DNA of 59,055 nt, filler included. It is 8 parts of 8 records of this genome, joined end to end, with 100 filler letters (N's around TTAATTAATTAA, not from the genome) between each part and the next. Parts side by side here need not be neighbours in the genome. Positions count along the whole stretch, not along the records: positions 41,639 to 49,712 come from SRR31147125_3677; positions 49,813 to 59,055 come from SRR31147125_3678; 6 more parts are not named here. One strand, 5' to 3'. The position numbers were made by a program, and so were the translations under genes. Shown here piece after piece: positions 41,639 to 52,400 of this stretch. The notes beneath the pieces were generated by a model. That model searched no databases, was not told the DNA's origin, and saw only the letters and a program-made list of their open reading frames with translations. Each line of letters begins with the position of its first letter. The first letter of the stretch is position 1.

Positions 41639-41740
41639 TTTTTCTTTTTTTACAGCTTCCTGCAGAGCTCCTAGGATATCTTCACCGGGATTCAGTCTGA
41701 TCATCACAACCCTTTTGATTTCGGCATTAGTTATTGTCAT
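41639..41740 (-). CDS. PPC/DUF296 domain protein, N-terminal part (second copy)
   Basis: MTITNAEIKRVVMIRLNPGEDILGALQEAVKKE; AGGAG RBS; absent from ORF track. Confidence 0.75.
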
Positions 41741-41775
41741 GAGTTCTCCTTAGTTTGATTTTGATATTTAATCAG

Positions 41776-42489
41776 TTAGATGTTTTTACCAGCCTCACCT
41801 AATGTTTCATCAGGTTCAATTCCAAGAGCTTTATAATGCTGTGCACGTACTTCCTGATCTGCTTTAAGGACTGCCGTGGCAAAATAGACGACCTCTTCTG
41901 CCCTATCCTGAGGGATAACCAATACTCCATCATCATCAGCACAAATAATATCACCGGGGTAAACCGCTACTCCTGCACAATCTACAGGAACATTGACACC
42001 ACCATTTTCCAATCTTGCATATACATGATTAAATGTTCTCTGTGTGCAAAAAACATTAAGCTCTTCCAGATTACACTCATAGGAATCACGACAGGCACCA
42101 TCGATAACAACTCCAACTAATCCCTCATGCATAGCGTATAAGCCGACTTCAGATCCCCAGATACCACCAGGATATCCGCCATTATCAAATACAATAACCT
42201 TGTCTTTTGCTTGGCCATCCTTTAATCCATCAAGAAAAGAGTAGGTATCACTGCATCTTGTCTTCATCTCAGTAATATATTCTTCCGCTGTAGAACATTT
42301 CTTGACCTGAGCTTGTGTCGGTATCAGCTTAACTGTATAGGCATATCCTGCAAATCGAAGGCCTGGACGAAGTGGGCGCATGTCACTGCGCATCGTTCCT
42401 GCATTTACCAGACCCAACGCATCCATTCCATCACCCAGATCTGCTAAACGCAGATTCCTGATTTTCTCTAAAAGTTCTTTCTTAACCAT
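41776..42489 (-). CDS. RraA family / HMG-CHA aldolase-like protein
   Basis: ADLGDGMD, FAGYAYTV, IWGSEVG, VIDGACRD, VNVPVDCAGVAVYPGDIICADDDGVLVIP. Confidence 0.88.
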   Translation of the reverse strand: MVKKELLEKIRNLRLADLGDGMDALGLVNAGTMRSDMRPLRPGLRFAGYAYTVKLIPTQAQVKKCSTAEEYITEMKTRCSDTYSFLDGLKDGQAKDKVIVFDNGGYPGGIWGSEVGLYAMHEGLVGVVIDGACRDSYECNLEELNVFCTQRTFNHVYARLENGGVNVPVDCAGVAVYPGDIICADDDGVLVIPQDRAEEVVYFATAVLKADQEVRAQHYKALGIEPDETLGEAGKNI

Positions 42490-42520
42490 TCATTCACTCC
42501 TTATAAAATGTATCAATTCA

Positions 42521-42949
42521 TTATTTTGACTGTAACACAGCTATATTGTTCTCGTCTTTCACCCTTTCAACACTTAAACCTTTAATTTCGACCAAAGAAA
42601 TTTCACTCAGATAAACAACGGTGGTATCTTCCTCTATGTGACCTGTATAGGTTTTGTCAAGATTTGATATCACCATATGAAAATGGGGTTCTCCATCAAT
42701 TATTACCCCCTGTAGAGAGGCAAGTTCTATTGGATCCTCCAATGTAATGAATTCATCTACAGGTTCTTTCTCATATCCGACAACCCTATGAAAAACTGCT
42801 TTCTGCAGAGATCCGATTGCACTTGTAATAATTGCATCCTTTATTCCAAGCTGCTGCATCTGTGATCTTATACTTTCAAGTACTTTCTCCCCTCTCTGCA
42901 AATTGATTATGACAACTCGTCCAAGACCTTCTCCGGTAAAAACTTTCAT
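42521..42949 (-). CDS. PPC/DUF296 domain protein
   Basis: INLQRGEKVLES, SAIGSL, ELASLQG, PHFHMVIS, GHIEE (HxH...H metal site). Confidence 0.87.
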   Translation of the reverse strand: MKVFTGEGLGRVVIINLQRGEKVLESIRSQMQQLGIKDAIITSAIGSLQKAVFHRVVGYEKEPVDEFITLEDPIELASLQGVIIDGEPHFHMVISNLDKTYTGHIEEDTTVVYLSEISLVEIKGLSVERVKDENNIAVLQSK

Positions 42950-42980
42950 GCAGCAACTCCTTTCCTATGTAATCTACTTC

Positions 42981-44775
42981 TTAATCACTCATAATCATTA
43001 GCAAAGCCCAGTCCTTTGCATCGGGAAGTTTCGGAAATTTCCACATCCAATCTGATCTGTATGAAGTTTAAGAGAGCTTTCCAAATTTGGATCAGTGACC
43101 CAATTTCCGGATCGCGGATTAAACCAGTAGCAGTCATAATCACAATCAGGCAATATTGATCTTATTGTTGGTTGCGGACAATTTTCTTCGAAATAACACA
43201 TAACTAATTTTTTATCCGGTGTATGGGCACAATAAGCCCACCCGGTATACCCATATGGATCACCCGCCTTGTTCGGAACAATAAGTTCAGCATTAGGAAT
43301 AAGATCCTGATATCGTGATCCTATGGAAAAATAAATTCTTTCAGATGAGATACCTGTTTGCCTGAATCATATTGGAGTGCTTCCCACATGGTGTTTGCAG
43401 AACTTTCTTCCCTATTGGCAGCCCACATACCTTCTGCTCCATATATATAACCCGCAAAGCCTCCTGAAAGAAAACTTCCATACATTCCTGACCTGCAGTT
43501 ACGCTCTGCTTCACGACTATCTGCATGAGGAATATTGTCGGGAAAACCAGGATAATATGGTTCTCCATTCATTGCGGGTAACGTAGGATCTGAATGGTAG
43601 ATTTCCGTAAGGTGCCAGTAGTGCGTATGCTCTCTCCAATTACCTATTTGGTGAAAGGTTAGCCATGCAGCCTCATTAGGTGTTCCAAAATTCAAAAGCG
43701 TCGATGGTCCTGCATTAGTTCCAACCGGATTCCCATGTGGAGGAGAGCCATACTTGCTTACTACATCATTAGCCGGCCTGTTAAATTCTCTTGACGGAAT
43801 CGAGTAATGAGCAAAATCATAGTGAACCGGACTTAAAAGTGTATGATGGGCATGATACCGTGAAAAAATATAGTGAACATACCGTGCATAACTATCCGGC
43901 CAGGGATAGTAATTCTTCCATAGCTGACTGATATCTCTTCTAATAGCCTCAATAAAAGCAACCATACCATTTGCATTCAGGTAATCTATTTTTCTATCCA
44001 GGTACTGGAAATAAACAGGATTTATTTTTTCAAGATCGGGAATCACCTGTTCCAGACCAGGAACTTTCCCAGGACATAAAAAGGCTTTCCCTCCCTCATT
44101 TTCCATAGTCTTTGCTGGTAATTCAGCATAGTTTTCAATAGATTGATTACCATCCGCGGGCCATGCAGCTCGTACGGTTGTCTTTTTCTCATCATCAAGG
44201 ATTAAGGTTGCAGGATATCCATCATCATCCCAGTTTGGAAACGCGGCAATCATTGCAATCCCATTAAATTCCTGATTCTTCCTGTACTGCACCATATCCT
44301 GAAAACTCATGTTTTCATGAACGATCGGAACCTTATCTGGTTCTTCACTGCCCCAAGGATATCGCCATGTAGCGGTAGACCACCAAGTATCGGCCAATAA
44401 GTAAAAAGGAGTTCCATCTGCATGCTCAAAAGCGTGTCTGTTTGAGGTACTTCGAATGAACCCTCGTCTTAATGGATTTAATTCTAGTTCTTTTTCTGTC
44501 CAGCCTTCGGCAACACATAACCCTTCAACACCCTGCAAGCCAGTATCAACAACATTGGCCGAAGATACCCAACTCCATTCACCCGGACTTTCTGCAACAA
44601 AACGGATTTTAAAGGTATTTCCACCATCCCAAAAGCCATAAATACGTTTATTGAATCCAGGGCCGATTAGGTCAATCCATACATCAACTTCCAAATACGG
44701 ATTGGTATAATTTTTTTGCGCAATCAGGGTTATTTCCTGTGTTTCCCATATATGTATTAATTTATTATCTTCCAT
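42981..44775 (-). CDS. DUF5060/DUF4038 domain protein (apiosidase-like putative glycoside hydrolase), two frameshifts (~43328, ~43037)
   Basis: NPYLEV, GFWDGGNTFKIRF, FEHADGTPFYLLADTWW, YFQYLDRKIDY, NGEPYY, GYIYGAEGMW; rejoined tail WFNPRSG...DWALL. Confidence 0.78.
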
Positions 44776-44803
44776 AATTATTTGAGTCCATTTAATTGTT
44801 TGA

Positions 44804-45694
44804 TTAGTATTGAAGTGATTCACGATGCATGATTTTTCTCAACCCTATCGTCAAAATCAATGAAAGGAGAAAAATAACAACGGCAACAGCACTTCCGAGT
44901 CCTATATTAAAGTTTTCAAAAGCATGTACAAACATGTGCATTGGCAATACTTCAGTAGCATGGTTAGGGCCGCCTTTTGTCATGACATAAATGAGGTCAA
45001 ATGCCCTTAGAGACCCGGTTACCTGAAGAACAATAACCATTTTGGCAATATCCCAGGATAGTGGAATAATCATATACCAAATCATCTTCAACCCAGAAGC
45101 CCCATCAATACTGGCTACCTCCAGTACTTCTTGAGGCATATTCATAAATCCGGCATAAAACAGCATGACTTGAATTCCAACAAGCCTCCAGGAGTTTGCC
45201 AAGATGATAAAAATTATAGCCTGTTTCGGATCTGCCAAGGGCGGGAAATACTTATGTCCCAGTCCGATTATTTCCATGAATGGTTTAAGAAGGCCGAACG
45301 CAGGACTATAGATATATCCCCAGATAAACCCGACTGCAACTGTCATAAGGATTACAGGAATAAAAAAAAGTGTTTTGAAAAATCTGTATCCCCGAAGCTG
45401 AATATAGAGGAAATAACCAAGCAGGAATCCTATGACTACCTGCAAAAAGGTGGTTCCAAACATAAAAATCAGAGAGTTCTTCACTGAATACCAAAATAAT
45501 GAATCACCGAATATTCTTATGTAATTTTCAAAACCGACTGCAACACTGCGAGTTATCGTTACCCATCTCTTTGTACTTAAGAGAAACCCTTGAGTGAGAG
45601 GACTCAAAACCAGAACAGTATATACTAACAATCCAGGTATGAGAAACAATAATATTGTTGATGTTTTACCCTTCATTAAATTATTTTTACTCAT
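44804..45694 (-). CDS. Carbohydrate ABC transporter permease
   Basis: VGFENY, FFIPVIL, EVASIDGA (EAA loop), FDLIYVMTKGGP, GLGSAVAV; start uncertain (45694-45730). Confidence 0.92.
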   Translation of the reverse strand: MSKNNLMKGKTSTILLFLIPGLLVYTVLVLSPLTQGFLLSTKRWVTITRSVAVGFENYIRIFGDSLFWYSVKNSLIFMFGTTFLQVVIGFLLGYFLYIQLRGYRFFKTLFFIPVILMTVAVGFIWGYIYSPAFGLLKPFMEIIGLGHKYFPPLADPKQAIIFIILANSWRLVGIQVMLFYAGFMNMPQEVLEVASIDGASGLKMIWYMIIPLSWDIAKMVIVLQVTGSLRAFDLIYVMTKGGPNHATEVLPMHMFVHAFENFNIGLGSAVAVVIFLLSLILTIGLRKIMHRESLQY

Positions 45695-45710
45695 AATATT
45701 TCCTTTCCTT

Positions 45711-46574
45711 TTAACCTTTGATAGCACCAACAGTCATCCCTTTGACGATGCGTTCCTGCAGCAGTACATAAAAGATGAGGTTAGGAATTGAGGCTATGAT
45801 CAAACCTGCACTTAGCTGGGTATATTGAGAACTAAACTCTGCAATAAAGCCAAGAACTCCTATTGGCAGAGTTTTTATCAGCGGCCGACCAAGCATCAGC
45901 ATCGCTACCAACAGCTCATTCCAACAGGCAAGAGAAGTAAGAATAGTTATTGTCAGAATACCATCTTTGGATAATGGTAAAATTACATGATAAAATATTT
46001 TTGGATATGAACATCCGTCAATTATTGAGCACTCTTCCAACTCTTTAGGAATCGTGATCATAAAACTTTCTAAGATAAAGACCGATATAGGAATACGAAA
46101 AGCAGCATAAATAAATCCTAAGGCAACAAGATTATTCTGAAGCCCAAAATCCATAGCCATAATGTAAATTGGGATTACTGCAGAATGGATTGGGATCATC
46201 ATTCCGGCAATAACGATATAATAGATTATCCGATTAAATCTGAATCTGAACCGTGAAAGGACATAGGAAATAGTAGTAGCACATACACCGGCAACTATTA
46301 CAGCAACGCCTGTGGAGATGATGCTATTCAGCATATACCTGCCCATATTACTTTTTGTCCAGGCATCAAAGTAGTTTATAAATTCAATTTTCTTCGGAGG
46401 ACCCCAAATATTAACTGCCAATTCACTCTGCGATTTCAATGAAGAAAACAACAGCCAAACTAAGGGAAGAAGAACAATGATTCCCCATATAATCAAAACT
46501 AACTGTATAGCAGCTCGCGTAATTCTGGTTCCCGATTTTACCCCGGGTTGTTTTGAAGATACTTTCTTACGCAT
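45711..46574 (-). CDS. Carbohydrate ABC transporter permease
   Basis: SSLKS, NYFDAW, GMMIP, IPKELEECSIIDG, WNE, QERIVKGMTVGAIKG. Confidence 0.93.
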   Translation of the reverse strand: MRKKVSSKQPGVKSGTRITRAAIQLVLIIWGIIVLLPLVWLLFSSLKSQSELAVNIWGPPKKIEFINYFDAWTKSNMGRYMLNSIISTGVAVIVAGVCATTISYVLSRFRFRFNRIIYYIVIAGMMIPIHSAVIPIYIMAMDFGLQNNLVALGFIYAAFRIPISVFILESFMITIPKELEECSIIDGCSYPKIFYHVILPLSKDGILTITILTSLACWNELLVAMLMLGRPLIKTLPIGVLGFIAEFSSQYTQLSAGLIIASIPNLIFYVLLQERIVKGMTVGAIKG

Positions 46575-46669
46575 AAGCAATTATTCCTTTTAGTATCATG
46601 TATAAGCTGATTTTTTGATTGTACTAAACACATAATAAATATTTGTGTTTTTTTGAATAATGATTAAAC

Positions 46670-46704
46670 AGGAGCAGACAGTAATTTTGAAACTGTCTGC
46701 TCCT
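46670..46704 (-). terminator. Stem-loop between substrate-binding protein and permease genes (partial terminator or mRNA stabiliser)
   Basis: AGGAGCAGACAGT / ACTGTCTGCTCCT, 13-bp perfect stem. Confidence 0.7.
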
Positions 46705-46730
46705 AAATAAGGTTAAATTGCGATTATTAC

Positions 46731-48074
46731 TTATTCTGCAGCCATTAAATAGTCATCTGCAGCTTTCTGAACTTCGGCAACCGCTTCTTCAACAGTATAC
46801 TGTCCGGTAATAATTCCAGGCATAGCTGTTTTCTTAATTGCAAGGTCAATAGCCGGAGGAGCAAATGTATCCATAGATGGAATAATTATCTCTGCGTTCA
46901 GCAATGTTTCAGCACACTGCTGCATAACAGTTGATACATTTGATTTATCATAATCAATTTCTCCTGGGTAGAGATTCTTGCCTTCGGATAGTACAGGTTT
47001 CCAGAACTCATGAGAACTGAGTGCTTTAACCCATTCAATACTTGCATCCATCTCGTCATCTGGCTGACCCGCTGAAGCAATAAGACCTACTATAGTTCCA
47101 CCAACTCTTGCTTCGGCATCTCCCATTGGCATATCTGTCATGACAGGGAAATCTGCTCGTCGAACATTTTCAATAAATCCTTCTTCAGCCATACTTTGCC
47201 ATCTACCGGGAAGCCACTGACCTTCAAAATAGGTTGCAGCTTCACCACGTACAAACATCTGATCAGCTTCATTTGAGCTTAGTGCCAGCACACCTGAAGG
47301 ATAGGCTCCTGCGTTAACCATTTCGGCAAATTTTTCCATAGCCTGCGGAAATCCATATTCAGGATTGTCCCATTGATCCTTTGCATCCCCAATCGCAAGC
47401 GCGGCAGCATTATCATAACCACCAGTTCTTGCCAGAAGAATTGATGCCAACCATGCAAATCTAATATCTTTACCGCCTGTTACTGTTGCAACAATGCCCT
47501 CTTTTTTAGTTTCTTCTGCGAGCGCGATAAGTTCATCAAATGTCTCAGGAACATCCCAGTCATATTTATCAAATAGAGCTTGGTTGTAAAATAGACCACC
47601 TACATGGGCTTCAAAGGGAGCCATCATGACTCTACCTTTATCATCTTCTGAAAAATAGAGAATTGCATCGGAAAAGCGCTCTTTAAATTCCGGATGAGCT
47701 GGGTCTTCATATACATCTGCCCAGTCAATCATCAGATCATCCCTCATAAATTCTCTTGCATAGCTTAGAACTAACCATGATGTATTTGGTGGATTTCCTG
47801 AGGCCATTTCTACGGTAATTTTAGTTCGTAATTCTGCTGAAGGTAATGCATCATGAATGATGTTAATATTCTCATTTTCTTCATTGAACTGATCAACGTA
47901 AGATTGAAAATAGTCACCAAAACCACCTTCACCGGCTGTATGTGGAGACATGTGACGAATTTCAACTACATCTCCACTCTCTTCTGCGCCCTGGGCGCAT
48001 AACCCAGCAATGGAAATAAAAATCACCATTACAGCCAAAATTGTTCGTTTTACAAAAACTTTTGTTGTTTTCAT
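46731..48074 (-). CDS. Carbohydrate ABC transporter substrate-binding protein
   Basis: Signal ending CAQGAEE (spirochaete-like); MASGNPP, LFYNQALF, VPETFDEL, FVRGEAATYFEGQW; GGAGG RBS. Confidence 0.9.
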   Translation of the reverse strand: MKTTKVFVKRTILAVMVIFISIAGLCAQGAEESGDVVEIRHMSPHTAGEGGFGDYFQSYVDQFNEENENINIIHDALPSAELRTKITVEMASGNPPNTSWLVLSYAREFMRDDLMIDWADVYEDPAHPEFKERFSDAILYFSEDDKGRVMMAPFEAHVGGLFYNQALFDKYDWDVPETFDELIALAEETKKEGIVATVTGGKDIRFAWLASILLARTGGYDNAAALAIGDAKDQWDNPEYGFPQAMEKFAEMVNAGAYPSGVLALSSNEADQMFVRGEAATYFEGQWLPGRWQSMAEEGFIENVRRADFPVMTDMPMGDAEARVGGTIVGLIASAGQPDDEMDASIEWVKALSSHEFWKPVLSEGKNLYPGEIDYDKSNVSTVMQQCAETLLNAEIIIPSMDTFAPPAIDLAIKKTAMPGIITGQYTVEEAVAEVQKAADDYLMAAE

Positions 48075-48124
48075 AATTCCTCCTATTATTCTCTTGCAAA
48101 CCGCAAGGGTTATACCGTATATAT

Positions 48125-48139
48125 TTGATATACCATCAA
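48125..48139. promoter_or_regulatory. Putative GntR operator upstream of the ABC operon
   Basis: TTGAT-ATACC-ATCAA inverted repeat; shares TGATATA core with the site at 48910. Confidence 0.45.
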
Positions 48140-48177
48140 GTATAAAATTTTTTCAGCCTTCTTCCTCATAAATTAAA

Positions 48178-48858
48178 TCAGTATACTGGTGAAAGATTTT
48201 CTACTAATTTTCCGTCCTGATCATATATTCCGCTATGGAGAATATGTTCTCTCATAACATCTTCTGCAATTTGCGGATCTTTCTGTTTCAAAGCAATAAG
48301 CAAACGCATATGATTGTCTTTGGGAATTTGTGAGCGATGTTCTTGGGCACTTGATTGAGCCCTCTGAAGCAATGTAAACAAGTTAATTCTTTTCAAAGCA
48401 TCAATTAAGGACTTATGCCCTGTAAATTTTGCCAGATTTATGTGTAATTCATGGTGCAACTCTCTAAACTTTTCTCCAACATCTCCTTTGTTTTCCATTT
48501 CATCTAACCTGTGAGCAAGTGCTTCAAGAGACTGAATATCATGATCATTCAATTTTAATGATATAATTCTCACAACTTGACATTCTACGGCCTCACGAAG
48601 GGCATACCAATCAAGAATTTTTTCATAGGTTACTTTTACAACTCGAGAACCACGATATGGCATTGACTCAACAAGACCATCTGCTTCCAATCTTAAAAGC
48701 GCTTCAAGAACTGGGATTGTACTGACTTTGGATATCCCAGCCAATTTTCTACGAATCAGTTTTTCACCTGGTTTTAGTTCTCCAGTCAGAATCATATTAT
48801 ATATACAAGCATAAGCTTTATCCGTAGAGCTCTGAAATTCATTTTCTTGCAAGGTCAT
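48178..48858 (-). CDS. GntR family regulator (FCD domain)
   Basis: ILTGELKPGEKL, VSTIPVLEALLRLEADGLV, LREAVE, ELHINLA, AEDVMREHI. Confidence 0.92.
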   Translation of the reverse strand: MTLQENEFQSSTDKAYACIYNMILTGELKPGEKLIRRKLAGISKVSTIPVLEALLRLEADGLVESMPYRGSRVVKVTYEKILDWYALREAVECQVVRIISLKLNDHDIQSLEALAHRLDEMENKGDVGEKFRELHHELHINLAKFTGHKSLIDALKRINLFTLLQRAQSSAQEHRSQIPKDNHMRLLIALKQKDPQIAEDVMREHILHSGIYDQDGKLVENLSPVY

Positions 48859-48901
48859 GATTTTATATCCTTGGATAAGGTGTATTTTTCTTCAGTAATT
48901 A

Positions 48902-48929
48902 TGATATAAATGATATATCATATATATCG
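48902..48929. promoter_or_regulatory. Putative GntR autoregulatory operator
   Basis: Perfect palindrome ATGATATATCAT (48910-48921) with flanking TGATATA-like half sites. Confidence 0.45.
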
Positions 48930-49050
48930 ATTGCGCAACATTAATTTTCACAAATCTTCTTATTATTACTAATTGGTTACTATATATGTATTTATGGACC
49001 GTACTATCAAACGGACAGCTTTATGTGTGAAGTCACAAAGGACAATTATT

Positions 49051-49701
49051 TTAATTTTCCTCTACCGTTTCCCCGCTCTCCAGCTCACCAACCACACTTA
49101 CCTGCAGCACAGATCGCCCCTCAAGAAACGCCTCCAGTTCATCACCAATCTGCACCGGTCCGACACCTTCCGGGGTACCGGTCATCAGGATGTCGCCCGG
49201 GTCGATGGTAACAAACTGTGAAACATGCGCAATCAGCTTATTCACAGGAAATATCATATCGGCTGTAGTTCCGTCCTGTCGGACATCACCATTCAACTTT
49301 AATGTTAAATGCAGATTCTGAACATCATGTTCCAGATCATCAAGCTCTATCCAGGAACCGACGGGAGCCGACCCCTCAAACGCTTTAGCAATCTCCCAGG
49401 GAAACCCCAGTTTCTTCTGTTTTCGCTGCAGATCTCGTGCCGTGAAATCGAATCCCAGTGACACTTTGGAGTAACAGGAGGGAGCCTCCTCTTCGGTAAT
49501 ATTTCTGCCGCCGATATCGATCAGTACCGCCAGCTCCACTTCATGATGCACATCTTCAGAGAACTCAGGATAGACAAAAATCTCGGGATCAACCGGGACA
49601 GCATTATCCGGCTTGAAGAAAAACATTGGTTCCGCGGGAGGATCGCCGCCCATCTCTTTGGCATGCGCAAAATAATTTTTCCCGATACAGATGAATTTCA
49701 T
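49051..49701 (-). CDS. Fumarylacetoacetate hydrolase family protein
   Basis: ICIGKNY, FFFKP, HHEVEL, DFTARDLQ, WEIAKAF, PGDILMTGTPEGVG. Confidence 0.93.
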   Translation of the reverse strand: MKFICIGKNYFAHAKEMGGDPPAEPMFFFKPDNAVPVDPEIFVYPEFSEDVHHEVELAVLIDIGGRNITEEEAPSCYSKVSLGFDFTARDLQRKQKKLGFPWEIAKAFEGSAPVGSWIELDDLEHDVQNLHLTLKLNGDVRQDGTTADMIFPVNKLIAHVSQFVTIDPGDILMTGTPEGVGPVQIGDELEAFLEGRSVLQVSVVGELESGETVEEN

Positions 49702-49712
49702 ATAATACTCCC

Positions 49713-49812
49713 NNNNNNNNNNNNNNNNNNNNNNNNNNNNNNNNNNNNNNNNNNNNTTAATTAATTAANNNNNNNNNNNNNNNNNNNNNNNNNNNNNNNN
49801 NNNNNNNNNNNN
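49713..49812. other. Artificial contig spacer
   Basis: N44-TTAATTAATTAA-N44. Confidence 0.99.
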
Positions 49813-52331
49813 ACCTGTATTAATGTAGTTGCAGGAGTTGCGTTGATGCTTGCAATAATTCCACCTGATTTTTTAACATCAACAATAACGTTACATGTAT
49901 TTTTAATAAGACCATCTTCAGTTGACACCGTAATAGTAGTCTCTCCTTTTGAAATCCCACTAATAATACCTGTTGAACTTACAACCGCAATAGATGGATT
50001 ATCTGACGTCCAACTAAGTTTTTGGTTAGTTGCGTTCGATGGAACCACTTCTGAGTTTAGTTGAAATGTTTCACCTACATTTAAATTAACAGATTCTGTA
50101 TTTAAATTAATCTCCTCGACATTAATTATTTGAGATGCACCTGCTTCTACAACAACTGCACATGAAGAAGTATATCCACCATCTCTTGTAGTAACGGTAA
50201 TTGTAGAACTTCCTGGAGATATTGCTTTTATCAATCCGTCAGTATCTACCTCAACAACTGATGGGTTGCTTGATTGCCAAGATACTGATTTATTGGTTGA
50301 GTTTGTTGGAGTTATACCATATGATAATTTAATTTCTTCTCCAACCTCTAAGGTTTCTGAAGTCCGGTTTAATGAAATTCCATTCACTTTTATTTCATCA
50401 CCAATCAATCCACTAACAAAATAAACATTACTTCTAAAACTAGGTATAGACACCTCATTTCCAACTGAATTACCATCCTTATCCACATACGAATAATTTG
50501 GATTTAGTTCATAGGTTTTTGCAGCATTTGAAGTATTATATAAATATACGATCTTATCAGAAGCTCTTTCGGATGAACTATATCTAATTGGAGTAGATTT
50601 TGAGTTATCTTCCCAATTATTATCATATGGATTATTACTTTTCCAGCTATCAAGGCTATAATATGAACTACCTCCAATTTTAAATAATTTATTTGGATCT
50701 CCCCACGGTGCGATCCAATAATTATGGTCCGACTCAACATTATTATAATTTGAACTAAATCCCCACCAGGCATTTTGAAATAATTCATTACCAACAATTA
50801 CATTATTTGTAAATGTTAAATTATTTTGTGTTGGAAAACCAAATAAAAGTCCATATGCGTCTGGCCATTCACTTTTCATTAAGCCAATATCAAAAAAGTT
50901 ATTATTTCTAAATGTTCCTCCTTGTGCCTCGTTAATTCTGCAACCAAAATCAACGTTAATACATGTATTATTTTCCCATGTAATACCATTACACGCATTA
51001 TCTTGATATAATCCGATACCTGGGTGCCATTCACTACCATCACTAGGATTACCACTATTCATTACAATATTATTGCTAACAACTGAACCCGAATTGGTAG
51101 TTTTATATGCGTATATAGCCCCTCCATCATTTAATACCTGACAAAAACCATCAATTACATTCGAGTCTATAACCACTGAGTTTTTGTGCCAATTAATAAC
51201 ATTATAACCAATATTTGTAAATGTATTTTTTCTAATTGTAGCAGGCGCATATTCAATTGCTAATGCCCGATATCCATACGATCCATCATCTAATCCAGCA
51301 ATGCTACCAATATTCGTAAACTTATTATTATAAATATATGCGGTGTATCCTCCTGTCCACATAGCATCACTGGTCATATTAGAAATATCACAGTTTTGTA
51401 TAACCATATTCCCACTTCCAGATTCTTTTAAAAAATAATTCGAATAACGTGCTGTTACATTATTGATTGTAAGATTACTCATACTACCAATCTGAAAAAT
51501 AGTATATTCAAAATCTCTAAGTTCGATATCATTTACAGTACAAACAGATGCTGTGATATTAAACCCTGTACGATGCACCGGCATTTCTACTTGCTGCTGG
51601 TTCAAATTACCAGTGTAATAAACTTTAATTGTATGATTTGAAGAATTATAGTTCCATTCTCCATCAAATGACAAAGTATTATCATGATTTTGAATAAAAT
51701 AACCATTATTTGCAGTGGATTGAGTTCCAAATGAATATGTTGCAGACTCAGATAAATTAAAGGTTCCACCGTTTTGTGAGCGTATCGATAACCTATCGTA
51801 AATATAATGCATTGTCCTTACAACTACCTCTCCTCCATCCCAAGTACCTGATGAAGATATTTGATTGTCCACAATAACATTATTGCCAGAACTAGATTCA
51901 AAGTATAAAAACCCTTGATCTGGATATCTTCCTAAACGATTGAAGACTCCGTTTATAAATATTCCTCCAAGGTAATTCTCATCCGATGGCAATTCTGAGT
52001 TCGATAAACTCCATATATTACCATTTTGAGCAAACCCGGATAATAATTTACTTCCTTTAATTATAGGCTTACTACCCTCAGAATATGCCCCAAATGTTAA
52101 ACCTGAAACAGAAACGGTTAAACTACCGCGAAATACATCGCTCCTTTTAAACAGAATAACATCACCAGAACGTAAACTCCCCATTGAAGATTGAACTTTT
52201 TGTATAGTTGCCCAAGGAGAATTTTCTGATGTTCCTGAATTATTATCATTCCCTTCGTTTGAAACGTAATACGTTGTACCATAGGCTACGCCGAACCATA
52301 TTGCACATATAAATATAATTATCCTTTTCAT
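49813..52331 (-). CDS. Secreted right-handed beta-helix protein with two Ig-like (Big_2) domains, 3'-truncated
   Basis: Signal peptide; TYYVSNEGNDNNSGTS..PWATI; Asn-rich beta-helix with DGGAIY and GLYQDN; two repeats of type V.GISL...P.N.TN...W.S.NPS...V...G.I.....G..TITV.T.DG. Confidence 0.8.
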
Positions 52332-52348
52332 AATCAACGTAATTAATT

Positions 52349-52400
52349 TTTGACTAAACGCTAAAAAAATTTGACTAAATAACGATTCTCTTTGACCAAA
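52349..52400. promoter_or_regulatory. Three 10-bp direct repeats at exact 21-bp period (LytTR-type binding array)
   Basis: TTTGACTAAA 52349, TTTGACTAAA 52370, TTTGACCAAA 52391; 18-69 nt upstream of ATG 52331. Confidence 0.65.

Noticed and set aside
33930-48858. A single apiose/acid-sugar pathway joining the contig-5 kinase with the contig-7 operon
   Set aside because: They lie on different contigs from apparently different phyla.
5388-49812. Recurrent TTAATTAATTAA as a biological repeat
   Set aside because: Always centred in 44+44 Ns; it is an assembly linker with stops in six frames.
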